Shown in pieces: positions 7,976 through 16,526 of a stretch of DNA of 64,000 bases. The first letter of the stretch is position 1; every line of letters begins with the position of its first letter. Source of the stretch: an uncultured Clostridia bacterium (lineage in GTDB: Bacteria; Bacillota; Clostridia; Oscillospirales; Acutalibacteraceae); assembly GCA_947305745.1 (NCBI GenBank), contig CAMZEH010000005.1:5339-69338 (forward strand). The letters run 5' to 3'. The notes below the pieces were generated by a model. That model was not told the origin of the DNA and ran no database searches. It saw only the letters and a program-made list of their open reading frames with translations. The position numbers were made by a program, and so were the translations under genes.

Positions 7976-10306
7976 TTATTTGTCGGTTTCACTGTTCCGC
8001 TCGATGTAATCATTAATCTGATCAGCAGTGAGTGATGCCTCAGGATTAAGACTCTGCAGCTCTTTTGCTGCTTTGCTGTAATTATCGTATGAATCATATC
8101 CAAGCGGAAAAATTTTAAATTTAATCGTAAGCTTACCTGTGGAATCATGTGTTTCATAAGGTTTGGCAAGGAAAGTAAGTCCTTTATAGCTCTTGCCAGC
8201 ATTTTTAATCGCGGAAAACTCTTCAACAACAGATGAGTACAAGTTCCCACATACAGATCCCGTTTTACTGCCTCCGGCACCTACTATGGCTCTGGCAGCA
8301 TTTGGCATCTTCGCGGCATATTGAGCTATTTTCCTATAGTCAGCATCAGTTATCAACACACCGCCTATTCCCTCGCTGATACGTATAATCAAACTTACGT
8401 TATACGGCGAACTATGTTTGTTGTATTCCGCAACATTAGGTATACTCCTGATATCTTCGATAGCACTGCGAGCGATTTTCTCGTAATCGTCAACGGTTAA
8501 TTTATCAAAGTAGCATGTGCTATTAGCAAATCGCTGAGCTATAGAAGAGTCGTGCGGAACTAAAGTTTGCGTTCCGGAATCATCATCATATTTTGGCGTT
8601 ATATAGACAAAATCGCCACCGTCATCTATAACAGGTTTACCGGTATCATCACCTTTAATTTCCATCAATTTTCCTTGACTGGTTACTTTTACCCTACCTT
8701 GAAGCGAAGCGGACGTTTCATTCGTAGTACATATAAATACTAATCCGTTTAAGTCTATTGTGTTTCCGTAATGATCTTTTAATTCATTGTAATATATAGA
8801 CCTCAACACTTCGTCGAGTGGGTGTTCACTCGGATATTTGCCGTCATTTCCTTTTTTATAGATTTTATCGAACTCATCTAAAATTACAACTCTGACGTGA
8901 CCTTCGGTTGATTTTAAGTATGATGCCAATGTGTTTGACTCGCCGAGCAGCGATGATGTCGAGGTCCTGTCGGCTCCTTGTTTTGTGTTACTGTAGAGCA
9001 GTGCGTAAGGCATATCTCCATAACTATTTTTTGCAGCTTGCAACACATCGCCTGCTGTTAATACATAAGGTTTTATACTTGTTAATGATTCACTTAAGAG
9101 ATTAGCCATATATGTTTTTCCGGTGCCTGACGGCCCATTAAATATAAGCACTTTTGGTTCAGGAAGATCAGAAACATATGCTCCCATTTTTGCAGCTTTT
9201 CTTTCCGCAGAGAAACCAACAAAGAATGACATTATTTGCTCTTTAGCGCCTTTCTGACCATGAATTTCGTTATCAAATTTCTTTCTGAGCACTCTTTCTT
9301 CTTTTTCAGAATCGTATTTCTTTTCTGCTTCTTTTTGCATGTTCAGTTCGATAAGCTTTTCAGCTTCTTGCTTATACTGACCCAATTCCTTGGTTTGATA
9401 CCTGATCATATTTACATCATCGAAAAATTTACGAACTGAGGAAAAAGCACCTGTCGTTTTGGAAAGTAGCGTTGCTACACCACCGGCTGTTGTTGTCAAG
9501 GCACCGGTGAGTACCAAGCCTTCGGTTAATTTTTTTACAAACCCTTCTTTTTCTAAACGTTCTTTTTCGCTCAATAAATAATGCTGTGCGTTAAACTTTG
9601 CTTCTGGCGGCATTTTGTCGTTCCGCAATTCGTTTAGTGCTTTTTTGGTCTCCTCGAGTTCGTCACGATTCTTAATAGCTGCTTGGAAATTTCCTCCTAT
9701 TTTATCGCGTTGACCAACAAGAGCTGCGCCGCCCGTTATAAGTGCAGCTGAGGCTAACAAAATTTTTCCTTTATTATCCCAAATGGTATCCGCCAATTTA
9801 TTTAAAGTATTTAAAATCTTCGCACCTGTGGATATATTTTCAGGCGGTTCCTCGTCTTCTTGACTGCGGAGATCATCATATTTTTCACTAAATGATTTTT
9901 CATCACGAAGCTGAGAAAAGTTTGGATTTACATTTGATTCCGAAGTATCTTTGGCGTATATGTGAGCAGACGTCATAAACGAGAGAGAAGCTAAAGCTGA
10001 AGCCGCAATTCTTTGCATGACATTTGCCCCACCGGAAACTTCATTTAAAGCTTTTTCGCTGAGTTTTTTTATTTCATCATCACTGATTTTTTGAGCTTCC
10101 TCGGCCGCTTGTCCGATTTCATCAAGGCACATACAAACAAGCTGATCAAAAAACTCGCAAAACTCCTCAAAGGTGTATCCATCCTGGATAGTTTGGCAGA
10201 TTTTGTAAAGCTCAACCATATCATCAGTTACCATAATTTGATCAATTTTTGCTTCGTTATCAAAAATTTTTTCCATCAAAATATCTAAATTGGAATTATT
10301 AACCAT
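7976..10306 (-). CDS. Membrane-associated AAA+ ATPase (single ClpB-D2/torsin-like module) with N-terminal Nif11-like domain and double-glycine motif
   Basis: Walker A IFNGPSGTGKTY, Walker B VVILDEFDK, sensor-1 FICTTNE. A Lys/Glu-rich coiled-coil linker and hydrophobic segments precede the ATPase. The N-terminus ends ...KKLSEKALNEVSGG. The start is taken at MVNNSN (ATG 10306, AAGGA 9 nt upstream). The ORF-track TTG is at 10324. Confidence 0.7.
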   Translation of the reverse strand: MVNNSNLDILMEKIFDNEAKIDQIMVTDDMVELYKICQTIQDGYTFEEFCEFFDQLVCMCLDEIGQAAEEAQKISDDEIKKLSEKALNEVSGGANVMQRIAASALASLSFMTSAHIYAKDTSESNVNPNFSQLRDEKSFSEKYDDLRSQEDEEPPENISTGAKILNTLNKLADTIWDNKGKILLASAALITGGAALVGQRDKIGGNFQAAIKNRDELEETKKALNELRNDKMPPEAKFNAQHYLLSEKERLEKEGFVKKLTEGLVLTGALTTTAGGVATLLSKTTGAFSSVRKFFDDVNMIRYQTKELGQYKQEAEKLIELNMQKEAEKKYDSEKEERVLRKKFDNEIHGQKGAKEQIMSFFVGFSAERKAAKMGAYVSDLPEPKVLIFNGPSGTGKTYMANLLSESLTSIKPYVLTAGDVLQAAKNSYGDMPYALLYSNTKQGADRTSTSSLLGESNTLASYLKSTEGHVRVVILDEFDKIYKKGNDGKYPSEHPLDEVLRSIYYNELKDHYGNTIDLNGLVFICTTNETSASLQGRVKVTSQGKLMEIKGDDTGKPVIDDGGDFVYITPKYDDDSGTQTLVPHDSSIAQRFANSTCYFDKLTVDDYEKIARSAIEDIRSIPNVAEYNKHSSPYNVSLIIRISEGIGGVLITDADYRKIAQYAAKMPNAARAIVGAGGSKTGSVCGNLYSSVVEEFSAIKNAGKSYKGLTFLAKPYETHDSTGKLTIKFKIFPLGYDSYDNYSKAAKELQSLNPEASLTADQINDYIERNSETDK

Positions 10307-10413
10307 TGGCGACATTCCTTTCAAATTATTCTATTCATCCTCTTTCTATTATAATCAACCTAAACTAAAAAGTCAAGTAAAATAAGTTTATTTTATACAG
10401 TATTTGTTGTTTG

Positions 10414-11766
10414 TTACAGTAATTGTCTTGAAAATTCGTATTCACCGGTTTCATGGTTTTTTCCAAATAGTATTTTAACGTTTCTTCCATAATCCTTGCC
10501 CATTGTTTTCGCCATTAAACCTCTAATTTCATCTTCAAAAACATTTTTCAGTCTGCCTTGCATAATCTTATCGTTAAACATATCCTCAGCCATTGAATCA
10601 CGGATTTCTTCTTCGAAAATGACGTCAGCCAGCCTGAAAGGTCCCGCGGGCTCTTTTAAACTTTCGGTAATTTTTTCAATCATATCATCAACTATCGAGC
10701 GGCAGGCTTCCTTGGAAAGATGTTCGAATTCAATAATATTTAAGCGCTGTGCGCCACCGCCTTTTGTGCCGTCTATACCGAAATTTTTTTCAAGTTCTTG
10801 GTGTGTTTCATTGGTAGTGACAAGAAAAAGCGTCCTGGTACAATCGACTTCTTTATTCATAAACTTATATTTACCTGTGGAAGCTATCGAACGTAATATC
10901 TCATCAGCACTGTTGTCAACCGATGATGCCTCCTTCTGGCCTGGAATAGGCACACTGACACCCTGGATGTTCATAGTCGTCCCCGGTTTTGCACTTTTGA
11001 GCTTCATCTTATCATATTCATCAATAATTACAACAGATTCATACCATTGCAAGAGATGTTTAAGCATGGGAGATTCTTCATCTTTGGGGACAAGGCCGTC
11101 GCTACCAGTAAACCAGTTTTTTTGACGCTTTTCTCCTATATCTTTTGTCAAAATCGTTTTAAAAAGCTGCGTACCCAGCTCCGACTCAGACGTTATGCTC
11201 TCGCTATGGCAGAAAATACACGTTTTTTCAGAATGTTTTAAAAATGCGTCAGCAATGGCATAACACATTTTTGTTTTCCCCGTGCCGGATGGCCCGATTA
11301 TATAGATTATATTCCCACGCATATCTTTTTCGTCATATTTTCCGCGATTTAAATCGTCAACCCTTGCGGCAACACCGCTAAGAGCATTGAACATCTGTCG
11401 TTTCGCCCTTTGCTGACCGTATACACGAACTTCGGATTTACTATTACAAATATCCTCCAGCTTTTTTACTATTTCGGAAATTTCGCGAAATCCCGAGTAT
11501 TTATTAACTTCGCTGCGAGCCTTTGCGCTATCAATAAACCCATCGACGCGCATTATAATTTCACCAAGTATCCTTGGTACCATACTGGCTATCACGGAGC
11601 CGATAACTGAAACCAAAAGCCCGTTACCTTTTCCAATTTGCGCACTGCCGGTTACTGCCTGTGCATTTTCTTCTGCTTTTGTACCCGGCATCAAAATCGA
11701 TCTGCCACTAAAAATCAAACTAAACGCCAAAAATCCTGCCAAACATTTTCTCTTAAAAATTTTCAA
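10414..11766 (-). CDS. Membrane-tethered AAA+ ATPase (single ClpB-D2/torsin-like module)
   Basis: Signal/anchor MKIFKRKCLAGFLAFSLIFSG and a second hydrophobic helix LLVSVIGSVIASMVPRILGEII. Then VYGQQRAKRQMF, Walker A IIGPSGTGKTKM, Walker B VVIIDEYDK, sensor-1 LVTTNE. TTG start preceded by GGGGGA. Confidence 0.7.
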   Translation of the reverse strand: MKIFKRKCLAGFLAFSLIFSGRSILMPGTKAEENAQAVTGSAQIGKGNGLLVSVIGSVIASMVPRILGEIIMRVDGFIDSAKARSEVNKYSGFREISEIVKKLEDICNSKSEVRVYGQQRAKRQMFNALSGVAARVDDLNRGKYDEKDMRGNIIYIIGPSGTGKTKMCYAIADAFLKHSEKTCIFCHSESITSESELGTQLFKTILTKDIGEKRQKNWFTGSDGLVPKDEESPMLKHLLQWYESVVIIDEYDKMKLKSAKPGTTMNIQGVSVPIPGQKEASSVDNSADEILRSIASTGKYKFMNKEVDCTRTLFLVTTNETHQELEKNFGIDGTKGGGAQRLNIIEFEHLSKEACRSIVDDMIEKITESLKEPAGPFRLADVIFEEEIRDSMAEDMFNDKIMQGRLKNVFEDEIRGLMAKTMGKDYGRNVKILFGKNHETGEYEFSRQLL

Positions 11767-11862
11767 TCCTTTTCCCCCGTTAATATATCAAATTTTAAAA
11801 TCAATTGTTCCGAATAAGTATATTAACAAATTTTTAAGCAGAAATCAAGCAGGATTTACGGT

Positions 11863-13674
11863 TTATGAAATTTTTGTTATCTCAAATTTTATTTTATCAC
11901 CATCCAAATTGCAGATGATCTGCTCTTCACTTTTTAGCTTTCTTCTGATCATCAAGTCCGAAATTGGGTGTTCAATATTTTCCGTTATGATCTTATCGAT
12001 GGTTCTGGCACCGTATAAATTTTTTTCTTCAAAACTAAGCTTGCGTATATAAGCTACAACTTCATCGGGAATCTTGATCCCAATTCCGCCCGTGAAAAGT
12101 CTGTTTTCGAGGCCGGAAAGTTTCATCTTCACTATAGAATTATAATTTTCTTCCAAAAGATTATTGAAAAATATAACATTATCTATTTTTTTCTCTATAT
12201 TGTTATCAAAGTTATCAATAACGTTTTGTTTTAAAGAGTTTTCGACTGAATTTATGTTGCAATTTGCATCGCTCGAATTTACAACCATAATAACAATCGC
12301 ATTGGTAAAATCAACTTTTTTGCCCGAAAAATCAGTTAGAAAACCTCTGTCTAAAATTTCATATATAACGCTCAACTCAGCAGAATCTGCCGAGTTGATA
12401 TTATCAAACATAACCACGGAATAAGGATTTTTCATAATTTTTTCTATCAGCTCGCTCTTGCTTTCGCTCGAACCGACTAGATTTTTAAGCGAATGCTTAT
12501 ATCCGATGCCTAGCATATCAACACTTATAAAACTACCGATTTCTTCCCCAATCACTCTTGCAAGCTCGCTTTTGCCTACTCCGGGAGGTCCTACAAACAT
12601 AAAAGAAGCTCTGGGTTTATTCTCATCACAGAATCCCAAACGGCTCCTCTTCACCGCTGAACAGACAATATCGACGGCGTGATCTTGCCCTATGACAAAT
12701 TTTTTCACTCGATTATTCATAGTTTCCAGCGCTTCGGCTTCATCTGCCGACAAATCACCGATCGGTATATTTGTTACTTCGGATATAGCGTCTATAACAT
12801 CACCTCGTTTAACTTGACATATATCTCCTTTTGACTTTTTCTGTGCGGTTACCAAAGCTAAATTAAGTATATCTACCGCTTTGTTGGGGTAAAATTTATT
12901 TTTCATATATCTTCCGGTGAGATTTACGATATCCATAAGCACTTCGTCAAATATTTTTACATGTTGTTTTTTTTCGGCATCGCTCTTTAAATACTTGAGT
13001 ATCCTAAAAGTATCAAATTTATTGGGCTCTTCCAAAAAGATATATGTATAATCTTGAGCAAAAGCATCATTTTTCATCATTTGAGTGTATTGTTCGTCCG
13101 TCGCCGAAACTATAATTTTTATATCTCCTTTATCGAGATACGTTTGTATAAGTTCCAAAACGCCGGGGATTTGTGATATTTGATAGATATTATCAATAAA
13201 CAAAATAATATCTTTATCCGATTTAGCGTTATTCAAAATAGCTCTCAAGCGAGTCAATATACTACCTTTTACTCCGCTTTTCCCAACAATGAGTTTGGCG
13301 ATATTGACTTTAAATATCTTTTTGTTTTTCATGTTTTCAGAAACATTATCGTGAGCAATTCTATACGCCAATCCCTCAACAAGTGCCGTTTTCCCGACAC
13401 CTTTGCCCCCGACTATACATGGGTTACTTTTCTCACTCAGTAAAAGTATATCGGTCAAATTTTCAATTTTGTCATCGCGCGTGAAAAAGTCGTGATACTC
13501 ACCACTTCGTGCTTTTTCGGTCATATTTTCGCAGTATTCGGACATAACAAAATATCTGTCGGCATCAAAAAAGCCCGATGCAGCGATAACCTCATATAAA
13601 GGCTTTGCAGTCATAGAACTAATGGTATTGAGGATCGTCGAAAACAAAATAGTTAAAATCAAAATTCCCACCAT
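11863..13674 (-). CDS. Membrane-anchored ClpB/ClpA-like two-ring AAA+ protein, predicted hydrolysis-deficient
   Basis: N-terminal TM MVGILILTILFSTILNTISSM. D1 has GGKGVGKTALVEGLAYRI and D2 has VIGQDHAV ... FVGPPGVGKSELARVIG, both collinear with ClpB D1/D2. The N-domain and M-domain are absent. Walker B reads ILFIDNIY and VVMFDNIN (DN, not DE). AAGGAG RBS lies 9 nt upstream of the ATG. Confidence 0.75.
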   Translation of the reverse strand: MVGILILTILFSTILNTISSMTAKPLYEVIAASGFFDADRYFVMSEYCENMTEKARSGEYHDFFTRDDKIENLTDILLLSEKSNPCIVGGKGVGKTALVEGLAYRIAHDNVSENMKNKKIFKVNIAKLIVGKSGVKGSILTRLRAILNNAKSDKDIILFIDNIYQISQIPGVLELIQTYLDKGDIKIIVSATDEQYTQMMKNDAFAQDYTYIFLEEPNKFDTFRILKYLKSDAEKKQHVKIFDEVLMDIVNLTGRYMKNKFYPNKAVDILNLALVTAQKKSKGDICQVKRGDVIDAISEVTNIPIGDLSADEAEALETMNNRVKKFVIGQDHAVDIVCSAVKRSRLGFCDENKPRASFMFVGPPGVGKSELARVIGEEIGSFISVDMLGIGYKHSLKNLVGSSESKSELIEKIMKNPYSVVMFDNINSADSAELSVIYEILDRGFLTDFSGKKVDFTNAIVIMVVNSSDANCNINSVENSLKQNVIDNFDNNIEKKIDNVIFFNNLLEENYNSIVKMKLSGLENRLFTGGIGIKIPDEVVAYIRKLSFEEKNLYGARTIDKIITENIEHPISDLMIRRKLKSEEQIICNLDGDKIKFEITKIS

Positions 13675-13704
13675 AAAAATCCACTCCTTGTATAAAAATT
13701 AATT

Positions 13705-15384
13705 TCAAAAATTTTTTAACACTTTATATACCGCATTAACAAGCGAATTAATGGCTTTTTCTCTTTCTAAGGCACTGCTTGATTTTATCATTACATAAAA
13801 CTTAATTTTCGGTTCCGTGCCTGACGGTCTGACTATAATTTTCATACTGTTTTCCAATTCGATTTCCAAAACATCCGATTTTAGCGTGCCTTTAAAATTC
13901 AGATAATCTTTCTTGTTTTTGATATTGTAATTCCCGATGCTATCTAAGCTTTTATTCCGAAAATAATGCATGATGTAGCCTGTGGATATTTCTGGGCTAA
14001 TTTCTTTAAGATTATAACTGAGCGTTTTCTCACCGAAATAACCGTATTTTGAGTAAAGCTTCTCGAGAATTTCTGCTAAATTTTTACCGAATTTTTCTTT
14101 ATAGTACGCTGCCGCCTCGCACACAATCAGCGAAGCCGAAACGGCATCTTTATCACGGACATAGCTACCGCATAAATACCCGTTGCTTTCTTCAAAGCCG
14201 AATAAATAATCATCAGCGCGATTCGAACTTTCTAAATCGGCGATTTCATGCGCAATATTTTTAAACCCCGTCAAAACGTTTCGAACCTCACACCCATACG
14301 ATTTCGCGATCTCCTCAGCCATCATCGTGCTTACTATCGTTTTAACTATCACGCCGTTTTTTGGTAGCGTTTTATAATTTTTCCGCCGCTCTAAAATATA
14401 ATTGGTAAGAAGTATTCCGATCTCATTTCCGCTCAGCAGTTTATACTCATCGCCACTTCTTACGCAGACTCCGAGTCTGTCTGCGTCGGGATCCGTTGCC
14501 AAAATCAAATCGAAATTCCCCGTTTTGGCTGTTTTCAACGCCTCATTAAATGCCGAAATATTTTCGGGGTTTGGGTATGGGCAAGTCGTAAAATTTTCAT
14601 CGGGGTTTTCCTGGACTTTTACAACCGATAAATTTTTTATTCCAGCCGCCTCCAAGGCTTTTCGGACGAATTTATTGCCCGTGCCGTTCAGGGGCGTATA
14701 AAGAACTTTTATATTGCCTAATGAAACTGTTTCTCGCCTATATTTTAAAATCTCATTTATATAGTCTTTTTTCAAAGAATCATCCGTGAAACTAATCACT
14801 CCATCAGCTATCCCCTCAGAAAGCTCTATGCGTTTTACGTCTTTAAACATGTCCGCTTTTTGGATATATTCATAAACTCTGCTCGCAAATTCCTCATTCA
14901 TCTGAGCACCATCATTGCCGTAGCATTTATATCCGTTATATTCCGCAGTATTATGGCTCGCTGTAATCATTATGCCGGCGTCGGTTTTAAGACTCCTCAC
15001 CAGGTACGATAAAAACGGCGTAGGTGTAAGCTCCTTTGTGATATATGATTTTACGCCGTTCGCCGCCATGACGCACGCAACTTCTTCCGCAAATTTTTTC
15101 GAATTCCTCCTACAATCGTATGAAATCGCCACAGAAGGAGTTTTATGCTTTTCGAGCAGGTAATTTGCAAGTCCTTGCGTGGCCTTTCTGACAGTATAGA
15201 TGTTAATGCGGTTATTTCCCGCCTCCATCAAGCCCCTGAGACCCGCCGTACCAAATTTAATATCCTCGCCAAACCTATCTTCAATCTCATTTTTATTATT
15301 TTTAATCAAGATAAGCTCATTTTTAGTTACTTCGTCGCTTACGTTTTCAATCCATGAATTAAAATTTTTCTCGGCGCTACTCAA
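13705..15384 (-). CDS. pgcA: Phosphoglucomutase / phospho-sugar mutase
   Basis: Active-site loop TASHNTAEYNGYK, metal loop TDPDADRLG, sugar loop GFEESNG. The start is taken at the second TTG (15384), 9 nt after AGGGGG. The ORF-track TTG at 15414 lacks an RBS. Confidence 0.85.
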   Translation of the reverse strand: MSSAEKNFNSWIENVSDEVTKNELILIKNNKNEIEDRFGEDIKFGTAGLRGLMEAGNNRINIYTVRKATQGLANYLLEKHKTPSVAISYDCRRNSKKFAEEVACVMAANGVKSYITKELTPTPFLSYLVRSLKTDAGIMITASHNTAEYNGYKCYGNDGAQMNEEFASRVYEYIQKADMFKDVKRIELSEGIADGVISFTDDSLKKDYINEILKYRRETVSLGNIKVLYTPLNGTGNKFVRKALEAAGIKNLSVVKVQENPDENFTTCPYPNPENISAFNEALKTAKTGNFDLILATDPDADRLGVCVRSGDEYKLLSGNEIGILLTNYILERRKNYKTLPKNGVIVKTIVSTMMAEEIAKSYGCEVRNVLTGFKNIAHEIADLESSNRADDYLFGFEESNGYLCGSYVRDKDAVSASLIVCEAAAYYKEKFGKNLAEILEKLYSKYGYFGEKTLSYNLKEISPEISTGYIMHYFRNKSLDSIGNYNIKNKKDYLNFKGTLKSDVLEIELENSMKIIVRPSGTEPKIKFYVMIKSSSALEREKAINSLVNAVYKVLKNF

Positions 15385-15459
15385 TTTAAAAATCCCCCTA
15401 AAATTAGTCGTCAAGGGGATTTTAACACATTATAAAATACTGTTCAATCGGCTTTTTAT

Positions 15460-16353
15460 CTAAACCAATGCGCAGAAATAAAGAGCGGTTTTTATTTTAT
15501 TGTAAATTTTTGGGAATTCTTCTATTGGCAGTGGGTTTTCTCCCAAACCTACTTCAATCGTAAATGCAGGCTTTCCGAATTCTTCAATAAACCAGTCTTT
15601 AAACCCTCCGCCGACCGCCAAGCCCTCAGGTTTGCTCACTTTATAGCCACCCATAAGAGCAAAAATTTCGGCAAATTTTTCTGAATTTTCGGGTGTTCGT
15701 TCGCCGTAATTCCAATAAATCTCCTCGCCTTGGCTATGAAACGCCAGTGCGTATTCAAAATTATTTTTTCTGCAAAAATCGGTAAGTGCTTTCGTTTCGG
15801 GTTCGCTTTCGGGCGCATTCCCGCCGTAACGCGTATGTCGTGGCGATAGTATTTTATTTTGCCGCTCCAGTTTATGAAGTGCTTCCCAGCCTGCGTTATA
15901 ATTGTGATTTAAATCCACACCATTTGCATTGGATTGCCATTTTTTGGAAAGTTCGTCATCTATATTTTTTATCGGCAACTCATCTTTCGGAACAGATTTA
16001 AAGCCGTTTATCGCAATTTCAACGCCGTCCGGGTTAAGGCATGGCAAAATTACAAGCCCTCGCTTTTCAATTTTTGATTTCACATCAATTCCATGGATAT
16101 TTTCATTAAATTTTACGTTTTTGCAAATATCATAAAAAAATTCAAACAATAAAAGAGTCGTAATCCACTCCAAACCGTGATGTGCACCGACCCAAATCGC
16201 GGCATTTTCGCTATTTCCGATGCTTATTAAATCTATATTTCTTCCGCAAACGCTCTCGCCTATTTTTTCCGTCTTTATAAAATCAAATTCATCGGTTATC
16301 TTATTAATGATTTTTTGCCTAATTTCTTCAGTCGGTAAGAGATTTTCAAACAT
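15460..16353 (-). CDS. M14 family zinc carboxypeptidase (gamma-D-glutamyl-diamino-acid peptidase-like)
   Basis: GAHHGLEW zinc-binding motif, NPDG, and FHSQGEEIYW, as in peptidoglycan-peptide M14 peptidases (YqgT / endopeptidase I type). Confidence 0.75.
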   Translation of the reverse strand: MFENLLPTEEIRQKIINKITDEFDFIKTEKIGESVCGRNIDLISIGNSENAAIWVGAHHGLEWITTLLLFEFFYDICKNVKFNENIHGIDVKSKIEKRGLVILPCLNPDGVEIAINGFKSVPKDELPIKNIDDELSKKWQSNANGVDLNHNYNAGWEALHKLERQNKILSPRHTRYGGNAPESEPETKALTDFCRKNNFEYALAFHSQGEEIYWNYGERTPENSEKFAEIFALMGGYKVSKPEGLAVGGGFKDWFIEEFGKPAFTIEVGLGENPLPIEEFPKIYNKIKTALYFCALV

Positions 16354-16454
16354 AAAATTATTTATCCTCCAATGAGATTACTTACATTTATATATTATGT
16401 TTATTAAGCGAATTATAGAATATTATTAAGTTGGTGAAATAATTATAAATTATG

Positions 16455-16482
16455 TTGATTTTCTAAAATTAATTGGTATAAT
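16455..16482 (+). promoter_or_regulatory. Sigma-A promoter with extended -10 for the giant surface protein gene
   Basis: TTGATT (16455-16460), 16 nt, then TGgTATAAT (TATAAT at 16477-16482). Confidence 0.55.
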
Positions 16483-16526
16483 ATAATAAATATTGGTTTT
16501 GAGCGATTATTGTGGAGGAAATGCGT

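Noticed and set aside
10496-11125. 209-aa plus-strand ORF inside the 450-aa AAA+ gene. This stands for many similar antisense track ORFs, e.g. 18275-18715, 22121-22570, 41114-41584, 42389-42937 and 47639-48163.
   Set aside because: These are shadow ORFs on the opposite strand of genes with clear family motifs. They have Ser/Leu/Phe-rich low-complexity translations, no RBS and no recognisable motifs.
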